Part shown: positions 35,245 through 48,973 of the stretch, piece after piece
How the letters are laid out: each line of letters opens with the position of its first letter
How positions within the stretch are numbered: the stretch's first letter is position 1
Source of the DNA: Selaginella moellendorffii
Lineage: Eukaryota > Plantae > Lycopodiophyta
DNA: 64,000 bases
Direction of reading: 5' to 3'
Assembly: GCF_000143415.4 (NCBI RefSeq)
Contig: NW_003314376.1
Location: 280,156-344,155, forward strand
Position numbers and translations under genes: made by a program
The notes under the pieces: model-generated
What the model saw: only the letters and a program-made list of their open reading frames with translations
What the model was told of the DNA's origin: nothing
The model's database searches: none

Positions 35245-38170
35245 TAACCAAATAATATTCGTGTTTATACAAATTGATTGGTACTGAAGATCATACCTAT
35301 TGATTTATATTGTGTTGGTTTTACCAATTGCTTTACTCGTCCTCTTGAATAACACTCCAAAGCAAATAATTCACTAGCTCGCCACCATCATCCAGCTCCA
35401 GAAGCAGCAGTGTACCATCATCATCACGGTGATGGACCTCCTCTGGTTGTTCACCACCACAGTGACCACCACGGAGGACGTCACAACCACCACCACCACC
35501 ACCATCGTCACGAAGGTCACAACGCAGTAGTGGCCACACCAACACCCACAGCAGTAGTTACAGTGGTTCGGAGGACGCTGTGGTCGCTGCTCCAACTTCT
35601 TCTCTGGGTTTTGGTTGCGATCTTGGTGCTGCTCGTGTGCTTTTTGCTCGTGCAATGGATGTTATCTCAAAGGAAGCAGCACAGTAATGCTATCTTTCAG
35701 GATCCTGGGTGGCAGATCGAAGTGACGAATCATCTGGAAGTTGTGGTGGATGATTCTCCGACTGAGAAGAAACAGCTGGAAGCTCACACTCGTGGTTCGC
35801 ACAGTAATGCCACTCTGGGATTCTCCTCAAAGTGTCCTGCCAACACTGGCAGTGACGCGTAAGTCAGCACAGTGCATGCCTTGTCACATGGAAGATTGTG
35901 TACAAACAATCTTCAAGGAGATGAAGTTGCAGAGCAAGAAGACAGCAGGGTCTTGCTCACGGACGGTGAAGATCACATACAAGGGTCCACTGGTGGAAGT
36001 CACCAGACTTGGAAGTTATTGCGCAGCTGGCTCGGAACATGGACTGGAAAGTAGAGCAGGAACCTACCAAGTTTCGATTTGACTGAGCTATCCTCTAGAG
36101 GTGACGGGGGAGCAGACGTTAGTGCACCTCCAAAGGCCAGAGAAGTTGCTTGAGACGAAAGGTATGAGAAAAGGTAACGTACTACTTTTGCTCTCTGTTC
36201 TTGCAGGCGCTCAAATCTCAACTTCGATGAGAAGAAGCAGTGCAGGGCATAGCAGCCAGATAAGTTTCTCCAGAGTCAAGAGCATCATAAGCCAGGAATC
36301 AAGCAAGTGCAATTGTGAAAGTATGGTTGAAGTCTACACTGCGGCTTGCAACACAGGTTGTTCAACAGGATGGGACGAAGAACAGGATAGGTTGGTCTAC
36401 CTTGCAAATTGTGAAAACAAAGCCGTATGCATTCGTTGCAAGCAGCCTCGTGCACTGTGGAAGCATCAGAAGTGTTCAGGAGGACAAATAAACATGACGT
36501 TGGTTGCCTGGAACACGATCATCATGGGACATGCACGTCTTCTATCAGATGCAACGAGAAGCTGGCCTGCCTCCAAACGCTGAGACTTTGCATGGAACAG
36601 CAAAACATCGTTTCCTGGGATATGCCGAGAACAACCTTTGCTCTTGAGTACTACGAGCAAACCGGCAGCCAAACGCTCAGACTTTTCATGGTGGCGTTCA
36701 AGGCACGTGGCGACTTAGCAGAGAAGAGGCTCCACTCGCAGATCCAGGAGAGAAATCTGGACGGAATCCACTACTCACGTGCTCGCTCAGTGTGGAGATA
36801 TGCCTAGTTTTCCGCCCCAAGTTCAGAAGTACTCTGGCGTCACTGTCACGATGACACACTTCTTCTTGCACTACTCATTTGGAGTAATTAGAGAGCGCCC
36901 TACGAAGCATGATGGTCATAGGTACTATAGTTTTTCACTAGTTCATAGCTTTTTTGTTTTGTCTTATAGCCTTCACAAGGTACTTAGTTTATGCAATTTT
37001 TAGGCCAAGATGGTCGAGCTAGTTAGAAGTCCCTATCTTTAAGTTGTTTTGAGGAAACTGAAGCTTGGCAATGAAAAGCTGTGGAGGCTTTGGAGCTTAT
37101 CTCTTTACACATCTTTTTTGACTTTTTCATCAATGACATGTTATTTCAAGGATGGGAATGGACATACAATTTTATTGTGGAGAGGGTATTGGGAGGTGTT
37201 ACTCATGTTGCTTTGGAAGGTTACTTTTCATTTAGGTGCTTGGGAGTTGCCTGAGAACTAAGAGTGCTGTGTCAGAACGAGGGAACTCCATCGTATCACT
37301 GAAGGAATATGCTCTAATTCCAAAGAACTTAATCAAAATGAGAGAAAAGCTTTTCTCAGGAGCTTGTTGGTAAACTTTGTGAGGAAAGAGTGTGATGCAA
37401 GGTTGATGGAGCTGTCAATCAAACCCAAACAACCTGAAAACAAGCAAAAGGAACCATGGTGAAGAGATAAAAATATTTGAGAAAATACTTATCTCATAAA
37501 TAATTTTCTTGGTTTACTTGATAGTAGTAATAATTTAATTGAGCAATATTGATAAAAATATTTATAATTTATAAATCAAGATTATATCAATAGTGAAATA
37601 GAAAAGAATATACTAGAAGGAAATTTTATAACTTATAAACATGTTCACAAATTATAAAGAAAAGATTAATCTAAATGAACAACAACCATTAGATAATAGA
37701 ATATCCTAGAATATCCAAGCATCTTCAAGTTTGCTTAAGCAAACCAATTGGTGTTTGGTCACTTAAACTTACATAAGCTTATTCACAAACCTATTTCATT
37801 AACTTGTGTACTCATTAATATATAGAACTTTTTTTTCCCAAACTTATATCATTAAACCGATATAAAAACATGGGACTTACGTTTTTTCAATGTTTTGTTG
37901 TAGATTAGATGTTATATTCTTTTTTCAACCATGCCCTATACAAATATACAAACTTCATAATTACAATTCAACTTCTTTAAATCTTTCCTGATTTCATATT
38001 AGTAGAAGAGAAACAACAAACATATGAAGATTATAAATACTTGGTCAAAGAAAGCAAAGACAATATACTCAAAGGCAATATAGTTAAAAAGTAAATATGA
38101 ATATCAATCAACAATACCATAATCACAAGTATATAGTTTTGAGTTAAGAAAGTGATATTGTAAATGGGAG
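35245..38170 (+). repeat. Duplicon copy C (tRNA region and 5' part of the His-rich gene deleted)
   Basis: Colinear with copy A; His-rich fragment ~35377-35862; PPR remnant ~36200-36850. Confidence 0.9.
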
Positions 38171-38356
38171 AATTCACAATGGAGATTATAGGTAAATTAG
38201 TCATGTAAGAAGAAGCTATTTAAATTCTAGAAAATGTTTAAGAAATAATCTTATATTTTGTTTAAGCTGTTTTATATTTAGGCGAGTTTAAATATTATTA
38301 TGAGTAGAAGTTGAAGAACCCTAAAAGGTTGGCAAGAGGTTTTACAGAAATTAAAG

Positions 38357-39469
38357 TTACACAAAGCATTTTAGACCGCAAGGGCTGTGCTTGTGACCCC
38401 CGAGAGCCTTTCCGGTCGCAAAAACCCGGTGGCAGTTCAGGCACTTAAAACCTTCAGTCAACCCCTTGTCAATGCACACAACCTCGTCCTCCTCGTCAGC
38501 AATAATGTCAACGGGCACGTTGACCACGCCTGGATCGCCGTTGCTGGGGGGCAAGGCGTCCTCGATCTTGGTGCTGATGATCTTGCTCTTGCGCGACATC
38601 TTCCTCACGCAGTGGTGGGCAGCCAGCGCCGTGCTCGATTCAAACGCGAGCTTACAACGGGAGCACTCGACAACCGCCGCTCCCCCAGTCGATTCAAGAC
38701 GGCAACCATCCCCTTTACGAGATCCCTCCGCCACAGTGGCGGCGGCGGCGCCGCCAGTCGGATCAAGAGCCCGGGAGGAGCACTTGATCCTAACCTTCAA
38801 TGGTTGCCACGGCAATGGATCGTCATGGATCACAACCTTGGAAGAATTCTCCTCCCCCTCTTCCTCCATGGCCACCTTCTCGACCATCAAAGCTCCCATC
38901 TTTTTCTTCTTTTCCTCCTCCTCCCTGGCCCAGTGCCGGAGATAGACTTGCTCCAGGCTCGTGTCGCTCTCGTAGTCGGGCTCCTCGATCACCTCCTTGA
39001 TTTTGATCTTCGCGGGGCTGCGCGGAGCGATAGCGGCGGCGGCCCTCGCGATCCGCGACTCCGGATGGCATCGCATGTGTCCCGACAGCCCTTTGATCGA
39101 TACGAACTCCTTGCCACACTCCGGGCACTCGTGATCCTTGCCCTTGCTGCTCAGTTTCTTCTTCTTGATCTGCTCCTCCGCAAACTTGAGGTTCTTCTTA
39201 GGATTTGCCCTCAGCGCATACAACCCATTGCATCCCCCGGCCCGCTGGACGTCGTCGCCGGCGCTCCGATCGTCATCCTCGCTGTGATCGAGGTCTTGGA
39301 ACAAGCTCTCCTCAACCAGGCAGTGCCGGAGCTGGGGATAGGCCTTCTTCCGCTTGGTGCTCCTCACCAGATCCTTTTCATGACGATCCTCACCCACCTG
39401 TCCATTCTGCTGCTGCTGCTGCTCATACTCATGCTCTTGCTCCACGATCTTCCTCTTCGCCGATCTCAT
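38357..39469 (-). CDS. C2H2 zinc-finger protein, three dispersed fingers (ZAT/DAZ1-like)
   Basis: YALRANPKK motif; CPECGKEFVSIKGLSGHMRCHPE; CSRCKLAFESSTALAAHHC; CLNCHRVFATGKALGGH; intronless. Confidence 0.85.
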   Translation of the reverse strand: MRSAKRKIVEQEHEYEQQQQQNGQVGEDRHEKDLVRSTKRKKAYPQLRHCLVEESLFQDLDHSEDDDRSAGDDVQRAGGCNGLYALRANPKKNLKFAEEQIKKKKLSSKGKDHECPECGKEFVSIKGLSGHMRCHPESRIARAAAAIAPRSPAKIKIKEVIEEPDYESDTSLEQVYLRHWAREEEEKKKKMGALMVEKVAMEEEGEENSSKVVIHDDPLPWQPLKVRIKCSSRALDPTGGAAAATVAEGSRKGDGCRLESTGGAAVVECSRCKLAFESSTALAAHHCVRKMSRKSKIISTKIEDALPPSNGDPGVVNVPVDIIADEEDEVVCIDKGLTEGFKCLNCHRVFATGKALGGHKHSPCGLKCFV

Positions 39470-39738
39470 AGCTAGCCACCGATTGATTGATCGATCGCGC
39501 AAGAAAAAACCGAAAACCCTTTCCTCTTACAACGAATTAGGGCACACTTCCTTGTTCCCGCCACAGCCAACTTGAATGAAAAGGTACTCCTCTCTCTCTC
39601 TCGTTTGGTTAAAAATTAGAGGCGAACAAAAATTCTTCTCTATGATGGACTGCGTGGTTTGATCTCTCTTCCTTGCGAAATTCCAAAGCTTTGCTGCCGT
39701 TAGCTTGAAGGGGAGGAAAAAACAAGAAAAAAACATGG

Positions 39739-40410
39739 TCACAAAATGGTCACCTTTGGACTAAAGGGAGCCCCTGAATCTTTTAACTGCTGCTGCTCCG
39801 TGGATCCATCGTTGTGGGAAGAATCAGAGTTTCCACCGCCACTGCCACCGTTTCTACAGGGAGCTACCGCTGGCCGCCGCTGCTTGTAGCTGGCTTTGAA
39901 GATTGCCTGACGGAACCGCTTGGTTCGATCATCCAGCTCCATCCCCGGGCTCTCCTCCATCTTCTTCTTCTGCTTCTCCAGCTCGTGAACCGCATGGATC
40001 ACCGGGTTTGGAGTGTTTCCATCCGAATCCTTGGCTAACTCCTGGCAAGTAAAGCCAGAAGTTCACGGAAGAACTTTCAACCAAGAACAAGGAAAGAACA
40101 CTAACCTGGCTCTTGTGTATCAAGCTCTCGAGGCTCTTGAGCTTGCGGTGAGGCCACCGGGGGATCCCAAACTCGCGGCACTGCTTCTTGAGCACGGTGC
40201 GGCTGACTTTGAGCTCCTTGGATGCCTAGGAGAGATCTTCGAGGCTTATCTCCATCATCCTCTCGGTTGGGCCGAGGAAGCCACTGCATGTCACCTTGTT
40301 GCTCACATCAACCAGGTCGTTTGCTCCATCGCAAACGGTGACTATAGCACCTGTATTGGTGTTACCATCACCACCATCACCACCACCCTTATTTTGGTTG
40401 AATCCAATTG
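39739..40410 (-). pseudogene. RKD: RWP-RK / RKD-type transcription factor pseudogene
   Basis: [39 protein letters not shown]; GT-AG intron 40105-40042; RKD tail PGMELDDRTKRFRQAIFKASYKQRR. In-frame TAG and a short deletion lie in the domain, and the 5' end abuts duplicon DNA. Confidence 0.85.
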
Positions 40411-41427
40411 AGCCTCCCAACATCATAATCAACCAATTCCCAAGTTGCAATTGCAAATACTTCTTTTAACATTAAATTTTGAAAGTTTTTCATCCTTTGC
40501 ATAGGATGTTTGGATTCATCATAATGTTTAAACATAAGGTGAAAAAAATATAAATACTAATTATAAAATATTGTGATAACACAAAACCTCTGCCACAAAA
40601 ATTAGATGGTGGTACTTTACTAATTTTATTTAAATACCTGATTAATAAAACTGTTTGCAACTAAAACCTTAATAGAATATTCTTCAGTGTGTCAAAATAT
40701 TCTTGTCGACTCCCTTGGCTCACTATTTACTAGCTCCTTATATTAGCAAACCATTTTATATAGAGCATAATCCTTGATGGTGATAGCTATTTGAAAGAGA
40801 TGCCATTTTAAATTTTGTTTTAAACACTACTAAACAACATATACCAAGTTGGAATAGGACACCAACATTTTATAGTTTCATGAGTAATGAAGCATAAATA
40901 AATTGATGAGGTATTAGAATTCTATATAATGGTGGTATAAACTAAGTTTTAATTAGCTGAGAGAGGAGTTACTTTTTCCATTGGGAAATAAGTTTACATG
41001 AATGCATAGAGAAATGTATTCAAGTTGAACACCATGATGCGCACAAGTGGTTTTGCTAGAGTTTAAAAGGTATAAGCACTTTAGAAGATATAAACAATTA
41101 ATACAAATTTATATATTTATAGTGGGTTGGAGGTAATGCTTATAAAAATGCAATTCTAAAACTACAAACTTGGCTGACATAGTTATTTGTTTGTTTTCCA
41201 CATTTAAAGACTTCAGTTATTTCTCAAATAGAGAAGTACTCACATTGATCTCTTTAATAATTCTCTTTCTTTAGTAAATGAGTTTTGAAATACTTGCTAT
41301 GCAATTATTAATAACAAATCTTATTGAAATATACCATATGATATGGTTATAAAAAATAAATTTCTCTAAATATGTATTTTAATATGAAATTTGCTACAAT
41401 GACTTGGTCGTCTCTATGCTATAGTAG

Positions 41428-42597
41428 TGTAAGCCATTAATTTTTCCTTTCCAATTTGTCAGTTTACTTTGTTTATTCAACCAACACTGCCTTGGTCTTA
41501 ACTAAGTTCCCTCGCCAAGATTCCACTTATTGTACTATCTCTTACTTGGTCCTACTTAGTCTCAACTACTCACTGCGTGAACAATGGAGCATTAGCCATC
41601 CATGAGGAGGCGTGAGCGCGAGAGACCATGGCTTACCTGACGAGAGCTTCGACAATAGAACAAATTCCCAATCTCTCCCAATCCCCTTCCCCGGGTTAAA
41701 TTGGACTTAACGTTCGGCTACACTCCTTGCAAGCACAAGCAACCAAGCACACCAAGCCTCTAGGTTTCTAACATCCCTTGGTACAACAAAATTTGATCAT
41801 GAGACCCTCTAAATCCCAAGTTTTATGTGCAACACTTGCTTCGGGATGCCAGGGGGAAACATTGTGGCCTAACAGCTCGGTATGGGTACCCCTACTCCCC
41901 CACTTCCATCTCGAAGGGAAGGTCCAAACCCCTAGGAAGGGCGAGGACCAATGAGCCACAAGGTACTCAAGTGGAGCACCACTCCATATGAGCTGGGAGC
42001 ACTGTAATTGGTTTCCCTTCCAGAAGTGAGAGTTGCTCTTGAGCACTTCCTTAGGTGGCCCCTCCGGCACCACCCGAGTCTATGCTCATTCCCACCCAAG
42101 GCCTCTCGGCCCCAGTTTCAACCTCAAGTTAGTTTGGAAGCACCACTAAAGAGTTCTTTCAAGATTGGTTTCTAGACCTCACTATCCCTATTATACTTTT
42201 GGAACCCCCTGCAGCCCCCCTTCTTGGGAGACACATGCTTTGGGCTTTCACCCCACGACCTGTATTAGTATTTGGACTGGATCTCGGACTCGACTTTAGA
42301 CTCAGTCTCAAACTTAATTTCGAACCCAACCTCGGACTCTATCTTAGCTTGATCTCGGACTCAATCTCGGACCCGATCTTGGATCTTAGACTCAGTCTCG
42401 AACTCGGTCTTAGACTCGGTCTCGAACCTGTCTCGAAGTTGGTCTTGGACTCGATCTTGGACTCGGTCTCGAACTCAGTCTTAGAGTCGGTTTTGGACTC
42501 GATCTCGGACTTGGTCTCATCTGATGAACTCTTTATCATTTTGGTCGTGCTTTTGGGGATCTTTTAGCCTTCGACACCTCGGGGAGTTGGTTCCTAA
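41428..42597. mobile_element. 1.17 kb insertion, probable solo LTR or LTR derivative
   Basis: Starts TG; GTAG (or AGTAG) duplicated on both sides; absent from the paralogous site at ~53365. Confidence 0.7.
42275..42520. repeat. Degenerate 6/12-bp minisatellite (GACTCG/GTCTCG/ATCTCG)
   Basis: About 40 hexamer variants in tandem. Confidence 0.85.
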
Positions 42598-43909
42598 GTA
42601 GATCTTCATACACTTTTATATAAAATGCCAAGTTATTAAAAAACTTAATATAATTTTGAGGGTTTGGTGGAAGATATGATTAGTTTCTGTGGATATTTAG
42701 TGTAATATACTTACACAAACTCCAACCTAGCGAACTAAAAGAACCTGTCTGGAATGGGAAATATTTATCTTCTACAACATTGATCCAACCTATTAGTCAC
42801 AAAGTCATAAAAGTGATGAGATCAACTTTAGATGATTTTGGAATTTAATTTGCAATAAAACCAGTTAAGAACCTTGAAATTGTCAGAAGAAAGAGATGAA
42901 TAAGCGCGTCTATACAACCAATAATTTTGCCCTGTCTCGAGTATGAGTATATAACTATAGAACGAGGAAGACTAGTGCTTTTGAGCAACAAAGAGCCTAG
43001 GTGCTTCCAAGTTAATTTAAGAGATATTCATAGGATTTAGTTATACATTGATCTAAAGCAAGTTCTACAGTCATACGTTTTTTTTGGATTGAAGGAATAT
43101 TATATAGTAAGAAAATTACTACATGAACTTTACACACTCTAGTGTTTTTGTGGACAATAACAATATGGCAATCCTCCACAATATTGTGATTAGTTCATAT
43201 GGTTATGTTCTACAAAATTTCTACATACATAGTCTATGTAGTGTCAATTATCCAAAAACCAAAACTTATACTATGTATTTAGTTAGTTGAAGAAGGGTAA
43301 AATTGATGAATTTGGAGCCTCAAGTTTTAGATGAAGCAAACTTTAAATTTGAAAAAAACAATTTACAACCATAGCCACAAACCCAATCTTAACACTTTTC
43401 TTAAAAACTTCTAAAAATAAAAAAGAGACAAATGTGTGAAAATTACATATACATAGTCAAAGGAAGCAAGGCAACATACTCAAAACCATTATAGTTGAAG
43501 GTGGAGGTTAAACTTCTCATCATTACAAGTATATAATTCTCAATTATCAAATAGATATTGTAAATACAAAGATTTACAACATCACAATAAATTAATTCCC
43601 AAGTTGCACTTGTATTACTTTTTGTAATGTTATACTTTTGGTGAGTCTTTAATCCCTTACAAACATATATATTTTATATATTTAATGCTTTTGAGATGGA
43701 TCCAAATGTTAAAATTTGGATTCACCACAATGAGGGGTTCATAACATTGAGAAAGAATTACATATTAGTATTGTATTTTAATTTGAAATATTATTTATAA
43801 GTTACACATAAAATAACAAAGTGCATTTCTCAAAGTTACATTCAAATGTATTTTATAGTAATAATTAAATATTTAATAATATTAATTATTAAATATTAAA
43901 ATAATAATT

Positions 43910-46900
43910 TCTGAGCGCATAGAATATGGAAAGAGAATACAAAAAATGTGCATCTCAATTAGCCCAAAAACCCTAGTTTATATACAGGAGCAAGTGATCC
44001 GGATTGAAACCAATTCGACGGCTACTAAAATCCTATTACACTAATATTAGTATATAGCATCGTAGCCATACAATTGGACTTTAGATCATCTCCTCCTCTC
44101 GGAAATAATGGAAGATCATTAGGGTTCTTTTGTAGATAGAGGAACGTTAGGAGGAAGCATTAGCAAATCTGTAGGTGGTATTAGTTGTTATTGATCCCTT
44201 TGTACGAAGCATTTCAACCGCTGCACATGCATAATTTCTGGAGGATTGGCCTGTTGGACGTCATGCCTAACCTCATAAACTTGTGGTCCAACTTGCCACA
44301 ACACCTAATACGGTCCTTTCCACTAAGCAAGAAGCCCCTTAGATAAACCACGTACCAGAATAACATTAAGTCATCCAATTTGGTATTTGCAGATGGACAA
44401 TGATGGGAGTTGTAGTGCTATTATTGTCCCACTTGTACACGGCCTAAGTGTTCGGTAGACTTTGCTCGGACAAGTGAAAGAATGCTCGTCAAATACTGAT
44501 CCCACGACTTAGCATCGGCAACTCGTGGCAATCGCGAAGGCAAACCCAGCTCCATTGATAATATTGGATCATGACCATATAAGAGTTTATATGGTGAAGC
44601 ACCAACAGAACTCTGCACCCCTATGACATATGCATACCGAAGAGATGGCAAATAACCATCTCAATCCGAATGCTAAAAGTTCACATACTTCGCAATCATC
44701 CTTTTGAATGTCTGAACGAGCTATTCTACCAAACCATTTGACTATGGATGATAAGCACTTATAAAAATGTGGCGTATCTTTAATCAAGATGTCAAAATAT
44801 GAAATGCCTCAGCCGTAAATGCAAGACCCTTATCCGAAAGAATCCACTCCAGACAAGAATACTGAAATACCACTCGATTGAGGAGGAAGTATCCAGTAGT
44901 TGCAGAGGTATTAACAAGAGCACCAACTTCCACCCAACGAGTTAAATAATTAGAAGCAATAATAATATATTCATTACCAGTAGCCGACCGTGGAAAAAGG
45001 TCCCATAAGATCAAACGCCACCAACTCAAACAGATGGGAAACTAAAATTGATTTTAATTGTCCTTCTGCAGCACGAGGGGGAGTATTACGAGCTTGGCAC
45101 CAAATGCATTTATGCACATACCGGATAATATCACGTTGCATCTTTGGCCAATAGAAAGACCTGCACAGCTTCTCGGTTACATGACGATGTCCCATATTCC
45201 CACCTAGAACAGGAGAATCATGGTAGGCATGGAGAAACCATGGAATAAAGATAGAAGGCACCACTAGCCGTAAATGATCATCAGGATCCATCCTCACAAA
45301 ATAAAAAAGGCCGTCTGTAAGGTGATATTGAGAATATAAATGCCGATGGCACAAAATCCTTGTCTAAAAAATCCATAGATGCTGGAACACCAGGCTTGTC
45401 AGAAACATGAGAAGAGAGTGGAAAAGGAAGAGGAGCTCAAGAAAGGGCATCAGCATCAACCATAGAACTCCTTGGGCGATGAATAACATCAAAATCATAT
45501 ATTTGAAGCTTCAAAGTCCATTGAGCAGTACGACCAACCAGGTTCTTTTGCTTCAATAATGAAGTAACGTCAACATGATCACCTTTTAGTAACGTTTGAG
45601 AACCATGTAGATATGCATGAAGTTTCTCGAAACCCCAAACTACTGGTAAACACTTCTTCTCTATCATGGAGTAGTTCACCTCCACTAGTTGTAACATACG
45701 GCTTATATATGCAATAAGATGGCATTGACCAACCACACTCAGGCTTTCTTACATCAACACACCTCCAAGACCAATATTAGAAGCATCCACCCAAAGGTCG
45801 GGTGTAGTTAGGATATGCCAACATTGGAGGAGTTGTCAATAGCTCTTTGAGATCTATGAACGCCCGCTCACAATTCGGAGACCAAATGAAAAATGGCGTT
45901 GATGACTTTAGCAATGGTCGCAACAGTGCAGTGCGATCAGAAAGATGATCCACAAAATGACCGAGATATTGCACTTTGCCTAAGAAGCTCTACACATCAT
46001 TCATACATTTCGGAGTAGGGAACTTTAGAAAAGCCATAAGTTTGTAAGGATTAACTTGCAAACCTTCATGAAAAATACAGTACCCAAGATAAATTGTGTC
46101 TTTGAACCCAAACATGCACTTCAACCACTTCAACTTTAAACTAACATCCCATAGCCGATCCAACACTTTATAAATAATACAGACATGCTCCTCCCACGTC
46201 CCCTCCGAGTGGATCAAGACATCATCAATGAAGTCAGCGGTCACCTCTAGCATATTACAAAAAACCTCGTCCATCATCCTCTAGAAAGTTACTAGAGCAT
46301 TGTTCAAACCAAACAGCATCACTAAGAATTTGTATAAACTAAATGGTGTATGAAAAATAATCTTAAGAATATCTTCTTTGGCCATTAGTACTTGCCAGTA
46401 CCCAAAAGCAAGATCTAACTTGGTGAACTAAAACTATGCCTCAGGTTTATCGGCCATGCCCAACTTACCCACTATCCCTACTATACATTTGGAAACCCTC
46501 ATAACCCCCCCTCCCCTACCCCCTGAGGAACTCACGCTTTGGGCTTTCACCTCAAGTCTCTCTTAGTACAAAAAGTTAGTCTCTGGGACAAACTCAAAAC
46601 TTATTAAATATGGAATGTCCCTAGATTGTAAATTTGGACACAGGACAAACACCATTATGTTCAAGACAATCTCTACATTCCGTATATATGCCAAATGAGA
46701 AAATTTAGACACTTTCCATAAATAGCATTTGGGACCGGAATGAAATTAACACAAAAGGCATGATAGCGAGGGTGTTTAGCAAATACAGTAAACTATCATT
46801 CAACGATATTGAGGGATTAGTCTTAATATGCGAGGGTTCTTGTCAAGCTAATGAAAGACAGAGCAAAAGAGAACTAAGAGCTTGGCTGAGTATACTTAGC

Positions 46901-48973
46901 TAAAAACACATAGGAGTTCCTACCTTATGTCCATTTGGCTAAGTACAAGTGTTAAGCCTAGTTTATTAACACTTGAACAAGAGGGGCTGATAAAGGGAAC
47001 TAGTAATACCGACCTTCTATCGTCATGGCAGTAAGGAAAAAATATCTAAAAGGACAGCTGACATGTAACTTTTGATACCCAAAGTCACATTTGTGACAGC
47101 TGGTCAACTATTGCAACACAAAAACTGTTGGAGGGATCAGAAAAGGGAAGAGTAGAATAATATAGAAATATAAGAGGAAGTAGTGGGGGAACAAAAGTAA
47201 TGGAAGTAGAGGTAGAAGCAGAGGGACAAAGAGGTATGGAAGTAAGAGGAATGGATGAAATATAAGGAAGTATGAGACAAAGGGGAGAAGCCTTAAAGTC
47301 ATACTTGGCATGATTGCAATGCAACCAATCTATACCAAAGATGAGGTCAAAAGCTTGATTCGGCACCATCCACAATGACTGTAACTCAAGCTCAAAATCA
47401 CCTACATGCACAACTAGGTCCACCTCATCTCGTGCACATGCATGTGTACGGCCGTTGCCATAAAGAATGAAAACTAGCTCCACCGCACAGTGCAAGTGTA
47501 GACGGCAATATGTGGCAACAAGTCGAGCAATAAAAGACAGAGAGAATAATAGGAGACCACTTGTTATAAAAATGAGCTTGGAAAGTAAACACTGGATGAA
47601 CTAGTGCTGAGTGAACCCCTTGATGATACTCCCGAAAGAAATATGGAGGAGTCACTAACTTATTCTGGCAAGGTCCCTTTGTTATTCGTGTGACTCCTCA
47701 TTTCTCGGATGCATCTTAGTATCCAGACCTTCCACTGCAACAACACCAACAGAATGTTATTGATGCCAAGGTCTCCACCCAAGAAATGGCAGTCGCCAAT
47801 CTAGAAAACACTGACAACACCGATAAGTGTGATCAACTTCATCACACGCTTAGCAATAAATATCACGGCCACAACCACATCCTTGCCCTTGTCCTTAGAC
47901 TCAAGCAACAACAGCATCAACCTCCATTGGAAAAGGACCACCATTCACATGAAGTGGAGTTGAAGGATGTGCAGAGAGAAGTGAAACAAACAACGTCTCA
48001 TGATGTTGTGCCAAGCGAAGAGCATCGTCAAGGGTGGCTAGAGCAAGTGCATGCACAAGTCTGACAAGATATTGACGAAGTGCTGGCCACAACATTTCTA
48101 GCTTGATCTGCTTTAACATATTTGACTTTGCACGAAGCAAGAGGCTTCGGAAACAAATGTTAAATTCCATTACCGACTTAGATGGCCCTTGACAAAGATG
48201 ATGCAATTGTTGGAAGGCATCATCACAATTGTTGCCATGTCCGAATGCGCATTTGAAGACATCCGGAAGAACACTCCAAACCCCACGAGTGGCTGCGCTC
48301 AAACCATTGTACCACTGCAATGCCATTCCTTAGAGACATGTGGGAAACTCACACAAATGTCGAACATCATCCCAAGAATGATATATGACAATCACTGTGA
48401 AATGATCGAACCAATAATACACATAATCCCAAAGATTCCCACGGCCAAAGGCGAGGATTGGCATCAAGGGCAAGAGGAGCTATACCACATGCCATGAATG
48501 CCACCATTAATTGAGTTTGGTTATCAAATTGCAATCGCAGAGCATTAAATAATTGCACTGCTGCTCCAGAGTCAAAGGAGAAAACTACTAATCTACCATG
48601 AAGATGAATGAAAAGGAAAGAGCAAAATAAGATAAATGAAAAAAAAGCTTGAAGGAAAAGGAGATCTAGACAATGCAAAAACTAGATTTAAACCAAAATC
48701 CTAAGAAAGGAAAAAACAAAAGAAAAGAAATGGAAAAAGTTAGATCTAGACAATACAAAAGCTACATCTAAACTAAAATCCCAAATCCAAGCACTCCTCA
48801 AGGACAATCAAAGGTGCTCCTCATCTCTACTAATATGAGTGCATAGAATATGAAAAGAGAATATAGAAAATATATATCTCAATTATCTCAAAAACCATAG
48901 TTTATATACAGGAGCAAGTGGTCCAAATTGAAACCAATCCGACCGCTACTAAAATCCCATTACGCTAATATTG
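43910..48973 (-). mobile_element. Decayed Ty3/gypsy LTR retrotransposon with short LTRs
   Basis: 3' LTR 43910-44088 with PPT GAGAGGAGGAGA (44100-44089); truncated 5' LTR 48834-48973; PBS 48832-48813; gag (ALQWY...PMEVDA), protease (LIFGIDWL), RT (FIDDVLI), RNase H, integrase (FYWPKM, GPY-like) all broken. Confidence 0.92.

Noticed and set aside
38387-39475. 362-aa antisense ORF over the C2H2 gene
   Set aside because: Expected from GC-rich codon usage on the opposite strand; no recognisable domain
42199-42567. ORFs over the hexamer minisatellite
   Set aside because: Open frames arise from the tandem repeat itself
43065-43100. Stowaway-like terminal motif (GGATTGAAGGAATA)
   Set aside because: Too degenerate and no matching opposite TIR identified
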